DNA of 64,000 bases from Anaerohalosphaeraceae bacterium (GTDB lineage: Bacteria > Planctomycetota > Phycisphaerae > Sedimentisphaerales > Anaerohalosphaeraceae). Where the stretch lies: positions 90,394-154,393 of the forward strand of contig JBNRMN010000020.1 of the NCBI GenBank assembly GCA_050309605.1. The letters run 5' to 3'. Below the pieces are notes generated by a model, which was not told where the DNA came from, made no database searches, and saw only the letters and a list, made by a program, of their open reading frames with translations. This document shows, in pieces, positions 56,399 through 64,000 of this stretch (positions are counted from its first letter, which is position 1; the number at the start of each line of letters is the position of its first letter). Position numbers and translations under genes: made by a program.

Positions 56399-58447
56399 TT
56401 AATTCGGCGTCGTCGAAAACCTTAACGACCCGGCCTCTGCGGCCCGTTTGCCGTCCCATTCAATCGGAACACAGGTAAACATCCACTTCCAGGCCGGCGA
56501 GGCCTTGGGCGCTTTGACCAGAATTTTATTCCAGCCGGCTTTCAGAGGAACCTGAACCGGATCGCGATAAAAATAATCTTCATCAACAAACGGCCTTTCC
56601 GGATCATTGCCCAAGCCGGGCTGCTTCCAGATCGGCGGATCAATCGATTGGTCGTTGATCCAAATCGCAGAATAGACGTTGCTCCACTGACCTTGGTGTG
56701 GATTGGGAGCGCCGCGGCGCCGTTCGGAACGGGAAGGTCCGTTAAAACCAATCCAAAAAGCCGCCGTGCGGTCGGTATCCGAATGCACATACGTCAATCC
56801 GTAGGCCGTTCCGGACTGGACAGCAGGCAAATGGCCGGCAAACCCGAAAAAATGGTTGATATGAAGGGTCGCGCCCCACGCCTCAATCCACTGATAGGTC
56901 TTCCCCTCAATCATATATTCATCGCGAATGTCCTGCTCTACCGGAAATGTCTTGTGCGGATCGCCCTTATGATCAAACGGGCCAATCAACTTCCAGGGGA
57001 TATCGGTTTGTCTGACATACGGGAAAGGCAGGTCGTTAAAAAAACGATCCCGATGAGTTATCATGTCCGCCTCAAATGCAGCGTATTCGTCAAACGCCGG
57101 ATCTTCGACAGACGGCAACCTGCCCCAGAGGTCTTCACGGTTGTCCGCCCTGCCGCGCCAAATGCGCTCCGCATACGCCACCATCGCGGGAAACACCGGA
57201 CTTTGTGCATAAATATCCATCTGCGATCCGATATTGACATCCGGCCAGTGGCAAAGAATACCGCCCAGGGCAAGCTCATTGCCGGTCGGCGTTCGGCAGG
57301 GCTGCTGGAAAAAAACGCGCACCGGACCGTCAAAGGGATCCATATGGTTGATGTAGTTGGCCTGCGAATCCAGGTAAGCGACGCCGGGTATCGGTCTGGC
57401 CTGGCCGGTCCACAATTGCGTAATCACATTGTGATCCGGCAGATGACCCGGACGCCAGACCAGCAGCCGCTTGTTATAACCCCGGATAAAATCCGCCATT
57501 TCTTTCATAAACGCAGGGTTGGTAACGGCCACCTCATCGGATCCCATATGAAACCAGGGGGTGTCTAAATGCTCAAAAAACTCATCCAAAATCTCTTTAA
57601 GAATCGCGATGCCCCGTTCATCCTGCATGTCAAACCCAAAGGTCGTGGTAAAATAGTCGCTGTGTCCGGGCATATCGATTTCAGGGACAATTTGAATATA
57701 CCGCTGCCGGGCATAATCAATGATGTCGTTTAGTTGTTCATAGGTGTAAAATTTTCCCGGCTGACGGGTCGCGCGATAATGGTTCGGATCATTCAACTGC
57801 GGATAAACTTTGCATTCGATGCGGTAGCCGGGATAGTCCGTCAAATGAAAATGGAACAAGTTCAGTTTGTATATAGCCATCATATCCAGTTGGCGTTTGA
57901 TCAATTCCACATCCTGAAAATTCCGCCCCACATCATGCATCAGGCCGCGATGCGCAAAGGCCGGCCAGTCCGCAATTTCACAGCCGGGAAAAACCACACG
58001 GCCGTGTTCGTGCTGTATCAGTTGACGCAGTGTCTGAACGGCGTAAAACAAACCGGCCGGGCCGGACGCTTTCAGGTCAACCCGTTCAGAGGTAATGTTC
58101 AGTGTATAAGCCTCTTGACAATCGAAAGCCGCCGTCTTGTCAAGAATCAATCGTATCCGCTTATTGCCGCCGTCTTGTGCCGGAGCAGCACCGGCATCCT
58201 GAAGGATCCTCTCAAGGGTGTTTTTGATGGATGCAATGTCCGCTGAGATTTCAGGGGGATAACACACAACGGCGTAATCGTTCAGATCAAACTGTTTATC
58301 AAACCATTGCACCTTTTGTGGATACGGAATAAGGGCAGCCGGCGCACCGCTGCGCTCTGCTGGCGCCACTGCAATCGCAGCAGTCCTCAAAATAACGGAC
58401 AGTATCAGCGTAACAGAAGCCCTTCGCCATATTGACAACGGTTTCAT
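56399..58447 (-). CDS. beta-N-acetylhexosaminidase (GH20)
   Basis: RGLMHDVGR, FHFHLTD, PEIDMPGH, HMGSDE. Confidence 0.92.
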   Translation of the reverse strand: MKPLSIWRRASVTLILSVILRTAAIAVAPAERSGAPAALIPYPQKVQWFDKQFDLNDYAVVCYPPEISADIASIKNTLERILQDAGAAPAQDGGNKRIRLILDKTAAFDCQEAYTLNITSERVDLKASGPAGLFYAVQTLRQLIQHEHGRVVFPGCEIADWPAFAHRGLMHDVGRNFQDVELIKRQLDMMAIYKLNLFHFHLTDYPGYRIECKVYPQLNDPNHYRATRQPGKFYTYEQLNDIIDYARQRYIQIVPEIDMPGHSDYFTTTFGFDMQDERGIAILKEILDEFFEHLDTPWFHMGSDEVAVTNPAFMKEMADFIRGYNKRLLVWRPGHLPDHNVITQLWTGQARPIPGVAYLDSQANYINHMDPFDGPVRVFFQQPCRTPTGNELALGGILCHWPDVNIGSQMDIYAQSPVFPAMVAYAERIWRGRADNREDLWGRLPSVEDPAFDEYAAFEADMITHRDRFFNDLPFPYVRQTDIPWKLIGPFDHKGDPHKTFPVEQDIRDEYMIEGKTYQWIEAWGATLHINHFFGFAGHLPAVQSGTAYGLTYVHSDTDRTAAFWIGFNGPSRSERRRGAPNPHQGQWSNVYSAIWINDQSIDPPIWKQPGLGNDPERPFVDEDYFYRDPVQVPLKAGWNKILVKAPKASPAWKWMFTCVPIEWDGKRAAEAGSLRFSTTPN

Positions 58448-58502
58448 CAATCGTTCTCCAATACGCCATCCACATCGGCGAAATGAATAAAACAGCAACG
58501 GA

Positions 58503-59408
58503 CTAAAACCAATCACACACCCCCAACGCTTCGATGTCGGCGGCAAAGCGTTTGAACTCATCGGCGGACAACGCCTTGAGCGGCAGACGAACCGGACCGC
58601 AGTCATGGCCGATCAGCCGCATCATCGCTTTGATCGCCGGCAGACCGCGATAGCGATAGCAGACGCTGACCATTTGCACCGACAGCGACTGAAACGTGCG
58701 TGCGGCGGCAACATCGCCGGCGGCAAAAGCCTCTATAACTTGACGATACAGCCGCGGCACCAGATTGTAGGTGCTGCCGATTGCCGCATCCGCCCCCGCG
58801 GCCAGTCCGCTGGTCAACATCTCGTCACAGCCGAAAAAGACCTGAAACCGATCGCCGAATCGTTCTTTGCATTCCTGAAATTGATGAACGGTCAGAGCCG
58901 TATATTTGACTCCCCGCAAGGTGGGAATAGCCGCCGGTGCCCTTTGTAGCAGCTCGGTCATGTCAAAGCTATTGCCGTTTAATTGAGGCACATGATAGTA
59001 ATAAAAATCCGTCTCAGGTGCCGCCTGAGCGATCTGCGCCAAAAACTCAATCAGAATATCCATCGTGAGAGGTTTGAAATAACACGGCCCAACGGCTGCA
59101 ATCGCATCCGCTCCGGATTGGGCCGCATGGCGCGCCAGCGATTGCGCTTCGGGGAGGCTGTCATGGCCGACGTGGACAATGACCGGAATGCGTCGCTGCG
59201 CCGCTTCAATATAGGCCTCGGCCACCTGCTTTCTCTCATCACAGCTCAGCAGCGGTCCTTCGCCCGTGCTGCCGCACACATACAAGCCCGCAACGGCGTT
59301 GCGGATCAGACGTTCCGTTACCGGAGCGATAACCTTCGTATCAATCGAACCATCCGCTTTCATCGGTGAAAACGCAGCGGCAACCAATCCTGTAATCTGT
59401 TTCATCAT
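58503..59408 (-). CDS. nanA: N-acetylneuraminate lyase
   Basis: GSTGE, YYHVP, GVKYT, GCDEML, IGSTYN; sialic acid context. Confidence 0.88.
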   Translation of the reverse strand: MMKQITGLVAAAFSPMKADGSIDTKVIAPVTERLIRNAVAGLYVCGSTGEGPLLSCDERKQVAEAYIEAAQRRIPVIVHVGHDSLPEAQSLARHAAQSGADAIAAVGPCYFKPLTMDILIEFLAQIAQAAPETDFYYYHVPQLNGNSFDMTELLQRAPAAIPTLRGVKYTALTVHQFQECKERFGDRFQVFFGCDEMLTSGLAAGADAAIGSTYNLVPRLYRQVIEAFAAGDVAAARTFQSLSVQMVSVCYRYRGLPAIKAMMRLIGHDCGPVRLPLKALSADEFKRFAADIEALGVCDWF

Positions 59409-60604
59409 CTTGCTTTCTTGATTGTTTGTTGTTCTTTGTCCTGAGCGAGTTGCGTAAACTCACGATAGCACAGCCACAACCCTCGCGGCACATGGAAACA
59501 GCCCTTCCACTTGCCGCCTTTAAGGCTGAGCACAACCTGTCCCTGCCGGTTCAGATAGCCGAACCATTCGCCGTACTGCGGATCGGCAAAATGCGACCAC
59601 GCATATTCATGCACCCGCTGATACCAGTCCAGACAGGCAGGTTGTTTCGTCGCGCGATAGGCCTTGGCCAGCGCCACAAGAGTTTCCAGATGAACCCACC
59701 AGAGCTTGTGATCCCATTCAAGCTGCTGGGGGGGACTGCCCTTGACATCCATAAAATAAAAAATGCCGTCATACTCGTCATCCCAGGCAAACCTTAAGGT
59801 GTTGAGAATCACTTTTGTCGTCTGCTCGACAAGTCGGCGGTCATTTCGTTTCAGCGCGATATCCATAATAAACCACATCGCTTCAATCCCATGTCCGGGA
59901 TTGAGCAGCCGCCCGTCGAAACAGTCCGGATGGCTGCCGTCGGGCAGAACATACTCATACAGCAAACCGGTCTGGTCATCCAAATGCAGTTGCATCACTT
60001 CGTGCACACAGACGTCCAGAATGCGATCCAGCTCTTCTGGCGGCAGCAGAGACTCCATCTCCAGTGCCAGATTGGCCATAATCATCGAAAATCCCATCGA
60101 ACGCAAGGGGCGATTTTCGCTGATTTGTTTGTTGTATTGTCCCTTGGGGTTGTCTTTTCGCCGAAGAATAGTATTGTACGTCGCCAGCGCCAAATCGGTA
60201 TAGCGCGACTGACCGGTGGCCAGGCCGTATTGACAAAACGCCATCGCCGCAAAGAAATCGCTGAAGATATTATACGGCCGCACCAAAGGTCGCCCCTGAC
60301 GGTCCAGCGCAAAGTACCAGTTGCCCTCTGTATCCATCCCGTGGCGAAACAAAAACTCCGCCCCCAAACGGGCAATATCCAACCACTCCTGTCGTTTTTC
60401 GTATCGATTATAAAGCATCGAAAAAAGCCACACCTGGCGACACTGAAGCCAGATGAATTTGTCGGTATCATAGACCCGACCTTCGCGATCCAGACAGGTA
60501 AAATATCCGCCGCAGGCCTCGTCCGGCGAATACGTCAGCCAAAACGGCAGGCAACGCTCCATCAATTCATCTCTGTACACATGTGCAATCTGACGGTAAT
60601 CCAT
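59405..60604 (-). CDS. N-acylglucosamine 2-epimerase (AGE family)
   Basis: [41 protein letters not shown]. Confidence 0.93.
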   Translation of the reverse strand: MDYRQIAHVYRDELMERCLPFWLTYSPDEACGGYFTCLDREGRVYDTDKFIWLQCRQVWLFSMLYNRYEKRQEWLDIARLGAEFLFRHGMDTEGNWYFALDRQGRPLVRPYNIFSDFFAAMAFCQYGLATGQSRYTDLALATYNTILRRKDNPKGQYNKQISENRPLRSMGFSMIMANLALEMESLLPPEELDRILDVCVHEVMQLHLDDQTGLLYEYVLPDGSHPDCFDGRLLNPGHGIEAMWFIMDIALKRNDRRLVEQTTKVILNTLRFAWDDEYDGIFYFMDVKGSPPQQLEWDHKLWWVHLETLVALAKAYRATKQPACLDWYQRVHEYAWSHFADPQYGEWFGYLNRQGQVVLSLKGGKWKGCFHVPRGLWLCYREFTQLAQDKEQQTIKKAR

Positions 60605-60703
60605 TAATTTCCTTTACCACTGATCAACGTCTCAATCAATCCACTGAGCCGCATGCTGTCCCGAGTCATCGGACGAGGCGGCCGTCTGAGTCAACCTCAG
60701 CGT

Positions 60704-62941
60704 TCAATTATTATTTGCCGCCAGGATTTCGATCTCGGCCGCGCCGACTTGTGTCATTCCGCCGGGAGCACGAAGTCGCGCCAGCCGAATATAGCGCGCT
60801 GACACCTGACGGCCAAACAAGACCGTCCTCCAACTTGGATCATTTTGAATATTGCCAAAGCGTCCGCTATGGATGTGCTCCCACTGTTGACCGTCGCGGC
60901 TGACGTGTACATCAAAGCGTTCAATAAATGCGCCGGGCGGGTGGGGAAGATACAGCAAACCGCCGATGGCATAGTCCCGCTGCATATCGAGGGTCAGACT
61001 CGCCGTATCGACGTCGGACACATCCATGACCCAGCCGCTTCGGGGGTTCCCATCCAAAACGCGGAGCGGTTCTTGCAGTCGGCCCTGTGAATCGCGGGCA
61101 GTCCAACCGTCCGGCAAGATACCCATGCGAATCTCGCTGATCGCTCCTGTTTTGCCCTCCGCAATCACCCGGGCCTTGAGATGACCGCCCAGCGGCAGCG
61201 AAAACGGCCCTTCGTAACGGGTCGAGTCGGTTGCGGGATCCGTTCCGTCCAGCGTATAGAATATTATATCCTGCGATTGAGCGGGACGTGTTTGGCCGCG
61301 CCACGTAAACGTAACGCCTGTCCGCATCGTCACCCTGCCGTCGGATCCGCGGCTGATTTCAACCGGTTTGGGCGGCTCGTCATAAAAATGCGCTGAAACA
61401 TGAGCAATACACGGCGCCAGACGCGATTGGGTAATCGTCACTCTAAACGCATCGGTGCTGACCGGCTCAAAACGCAGAATCCGCTTGTGCCCGATGGTTT
61501 TGCCCTCGGCCACCCGCACCCAGGAACCGGCCACGCGAGCCTCGAGGAAATGGGCTTCCACACGTTCGCCTCTGCGGGCAATCGCTTCTTTGATCATAAA
61601 ACGATTGATCGTCTTTTCGGCGGGCAAAATCACTTCAAAAGAGGCCTCTTTGCCCGGGGCCTGCCACCACGTATCGGGATCGCCGTCCAGAACATTATCC
61701 ACGGATGCCTCAGCGCCGCTGAGCAGATTCGTGCCGTAGGTGGCCTCAATTCGTCGCCCGACCTCCCGCAGTACCCGCGCATCGCGGTCGGAAAATTTCC
61801 CGTCGGTATTCGGCGGAATATTCAGATGAAAAACGCTGTTTCCACCAACGGAACGCTCATAAATATCAAATACATCGTCGGCGCTTCTGACCTGCTGTTC
61901 ATGGTCATTGCGCCAAAACCAGCCGTGCCGGATGGAGGTGTTGGTCTCGGCCGGATAATAGTGAAAATAACGGGTCTGGTCGGTGATTCTGTCGCGCCCC
62001 GCAATATTCGGGGCGGTCATATCCGGCCAGTCAAAGGTCTCCGGCGACACGTCAAGCGGAATCACATTATATTCATCCGGACGGGTTTGTCCGCCTTCAT
62101 TGCCGCACCAGCGGGCATCCGGCCCTTTGCCGAATATGGCCGCCTCGGGCGCCAATTCCCGAATCAGTTCATACCATGCGCCATAGGTGTACCTCTGGCC
62201 TGTGCCCGGTTTGGGATTGGCCCCGTCAAACCACACTTCATAAATGGGGCCGTATTCGGTCAGCAGTTCAAACAATTGATTCATAAAATATTCATTATAA
62301 TCGTCAAGCGTATAGGTAAACGTGCGCGTATCTTTGAACGGACGGCCTTCCACGGGGCGGGGAATGACACGTTCGGTAAACTCACTGCCGTTGCCGTAGT
62401 AACCGTCCGGACTTTCAATTTGATACAGATCGGCCGGAGACAGATACACCCCCAACCTCAGGCCGTATTTTTCGCAGGACTCGACAAGATCTCGAAGCAC
62501 ATCGCCTTGACCGCTGCGCCACGGTGAGAAGGCCACCGAATGATCCGTATAGCGTGTCTGCCAAAGGCAATATCCTTCGTGGTGCTTGACGACCATTATG
62601 ACCCGACGAATACCGGCCGCTTTCATCAGTTCACACCACTGGTCTGTATCCAGATGGCCGGGATGAAACAAATCCGCACTTTCCGTGCCCGTGCCCCATT
62701 CACGACCGGTAAATGTATTGGGACCAAAATGAATAAATCCGAAAAATTCGTCCTCAAACCATTTCATCTGTCTGGGATGGGGAAGGACCCTGCCGGACAG
62801 TTCAATTGTCTGAGCACGGGAATAGCCGTCGGGTACCTCGACCGTCTGCACATAGAAGCTGTCAGAACTTGCAGAACAGCATAGCGCCAGCATTCCCACC
62901 CAAAATACAATGTAACCTCGTCGAGCAGGTTGAAAAGTCAT
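60704..62941 (-). CDS. alpha-L-fucosidase (GH29) with F5/8-type C (CBM32-like) domains
   Basis: FIHFGPNTF, KHHEGYCLW, VWFDGA, SIRHGWF, RSVGGN. AAAGGA RBS before ATG 62941. Confidence 0.92.
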   Translation of the reverse strand: MTFQPARRGYIVFWVGMLALCCSASSDSFYVQTVEVPDGYSRAQTIELSGRVLPHPRQMKWFEDEFFGFIHFGPNTFTGREWGTGTESADLFHPGHLDTDQWCELMKAAGIRRVIMVVKHHEGYCLWQTRYTDHSVAFSPWRSGQGDVLRDLVESCEKYGLRLGVYLSPADLYQIESPDGYYGNGSEFTERVIPRPVEGRPFKDTRTFTYTLDDYNEYFMNQLFELLTEYGPIYEVWFDGANPKPGTGQRYTYGAWYELIRELAPEAAIFGKGPDARWCGNEGGQTRPDEYNVIPLDVSPETFDWPDMTAPNIAGRDRITDQTRYFHYYPAETNTSIRHGWFWRNDHEQQVRSADDVFDIYERSVGGNSVFHLNIPPNTDGKFSDRDARVLREVGRRIEATYGTNLLSGAEASVDNVLDGDPDTWWQAPGKEASFEVILPAEKTINRFMIKEAIARRGERVEAHFLEARVAGSWVRVAEGKTIGHKRILRFEPVSTDAFRVTITQSRLAPCIAHVSAHFYDEPPKPVEISRGSDGRVTMRTGVTFTWRGQTRPAQSQDIIFYTLDGTDPATDSTRYEGPFSLPLGGHLKARVIAEGKTGAISEIRMGILPDGWTARDSQGRLQEPLRVLDGNPRSGWVMDVSDVDTASLTLDMQRDYAIGGLLYLPHPPGAFIERFDVHVSRDGQQWEHIHSGRFGNIQNDPSWRTVLFGRQVSARYIRLARLRAPGGMTQVGAAEIEILAANNN

Positions 62942-63084
62942 ACCTAAATCCTTTCTTTCAGGTTTCGTCTTTACCATTGTCGGTCTCTAAATCCACCCCT
63001 CTGAACAGATTTTAACCGCCATCCCACCGGCTGTAAAGACTCGATTGTATGCCTCAAAAACCCTGCGCCGACACGGAAAATACA

Positions 63085-63142
63085 GGTTCCTGTGCGACAG
63101 GCTGCGTTGGCAACCGCAATAATGCATCGCCGCACAGGAACC
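63085..63142 (-). terminator. long stem-loop after the LamG gene
   Basis: ggttcctgtgcg...cgcacaggaacc 12-bp stem, followed by TGTATTTT on the minus strand. Confidence 0.55.
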
Positions 63143-63195
63143 CTTTCCATAAATGCTGTCCATCTGCACTGAATAGACTTGTATGTCAGCTCATA

Positions 63196-64000
63196 TTACA
63201 AGCATTCCGGCACGATGTTGCACTCCAGCCAGCTTTGGGCAAAGGCAATAAAATCATACAAATCCACCCGACAATCACGGAATTGCTCACCGACACCGTC
63301 CGGCCCGGCGACATCAAACTCCGGATACTCCACACAGATTTGTTCATCCGATTTAATTTCTACATATAATTCGGCCGCCTCACGCGCATCCAGCGGATAG
63401 CTCCAGATGCGAACGTCATCCAACCGACCGATATGCGGCACATCACCGTCCGGAAGTTCCGCACCAAAAATCAGATTCGCCGGACTGGGCTGCGGCACGC
63501 CGGCACTGGTGGCCTGATTACGAAGCACACCGTTGACATAAATCCTGCCTTGACCGGTGGCGGCGTCATAGGTACCGGTCACCAAATACCAATTGCCGTC
63601 GGCAATGAACGTATTGGAGTGAAGGTCGTTAAATGACTGACGCAGCGTATGGGTTGCATTCCCACCGGCATCTTTCGTCAGAATAAAACCGCGAGCCGGA
63701 TCCTGGCCCTGCTTGCTCACATACGCGCCCCACGGACTAATCTGCTGGGTCTGCACCCAGGTGCTGACCGTATAGCCGCGCGGATAGAAATTATAAAAGT
63801 CGGCACTGTCCGTAATGGTCACAATATCTTCCGGCTGGCCGTAGAACTCCAGAGCCTGACCGTCAACACCATTAACAAAGTTCGGATCAAATGCCGCACC
63901 GGGATATGCCGGCGCACCGGGATGGACCTCATTGATCGAATCGTTCAGGTCACCGTCCAGCTTCCACCAGCCGACCAAACGTCGCGTCAGCAACTGAGCT
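63196..64000 (-). CDS. C-terminal part of a LamG + dockerin-like-tail protein (5' end outside window), paralog of 44044-46137
   Basis: Colinear similarity, e.g. FYNFYPRGY, HTLRQSFNDL, LIFGAELPDG, AGPDGVGE.FRDCRVD. Confidence 0.88.
   Translation of the reverse strand, partial: AQLLTRRLVGWWKLDGDLNDSINEVHPGAPAYPGAAFDPNFVNGVDGQALEFYGQPEDIVTITDSADFYNFYPRGYTVSTWVQTQQISPWGAYVSKQGQDPARGFILTKDAGGNATHTLRQSFNDLHSNTFIADGNWYLVTGTYDAATGQGRIYVNGVLRNQATSAGVPQPSPANLIFGAELPDGDVPHIGRLDDVRIWSYPLDAREAAELYVEIKSDEQICVEYPEFDVAGPDGVGEQFRDCRVDLYDFIAFAQSWLECNIVPECL

Noticed and set aside
58448..58606. Extended N-terminus of the GH20 ORF
   Set aside because: Overlaps nanA; ATG 58447 has a GGAG RBS and a signal peptide.

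Overview
The window looks like chromosomal DNA of an anaerobic, glycan-degrading planctomycete, probably Phycisphaerae/Sedimentisphaerales-like. That placement is inferred from the H-X9-DG prepilin-type gene, the LamG proteins with dockerin-like tails and the sulfatase/CAZyme load. Contents from left to right: (1) an L-rhamnose operon (class II aldolase, ASRT-family protein, rhaA, rhaT, GH78, NCS1-type permease); (2) a GAF-GGDEF diguanylate cyclase, a GH2, a GT2 and an LPS-kinase-like gene; (3) a compact operon behind a sigma-54-type promoter that holds only a few flagellar genes (fliL, a degenerate fliM, fliN, flhA, fliA, a flgM-like gene) mixed with TPR proteins, lipoproteins and small unknown ORFs, with no fliOPQR/flhB/fliF/fliG/fliI/mot/rod/hook genes in the window. 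This is the best candidate for an undescribed, repurposed system; (4) a FetAB-like ABC pair, an orphan sigma-54 activator, and an ECF sigma/anti-sigma/Spy-like module next to two secreted low-complexity proteins that share an upstream motif; (5) ispG, an AEC transporter, a PEP-CTERM-like protein, a kinase-like gene and a HypD-like glycyl radical enzyme with its activase; (6) secreted LamG/dockerin-like proteins with a prepilin-type gene, and a sialoglycan catabolism operon (GH29, AGE, nanA, GH20, Kelch-SSS fusion, GH33, creatininase-like protein, sulfatase). A (D/E)-P-N tripeptide recurs in the extracytoplasmic proteins. I saw no rRNA, tRNA, CRISPR array or transposase. All calls come from motif recognition by eye; no database searches were run.
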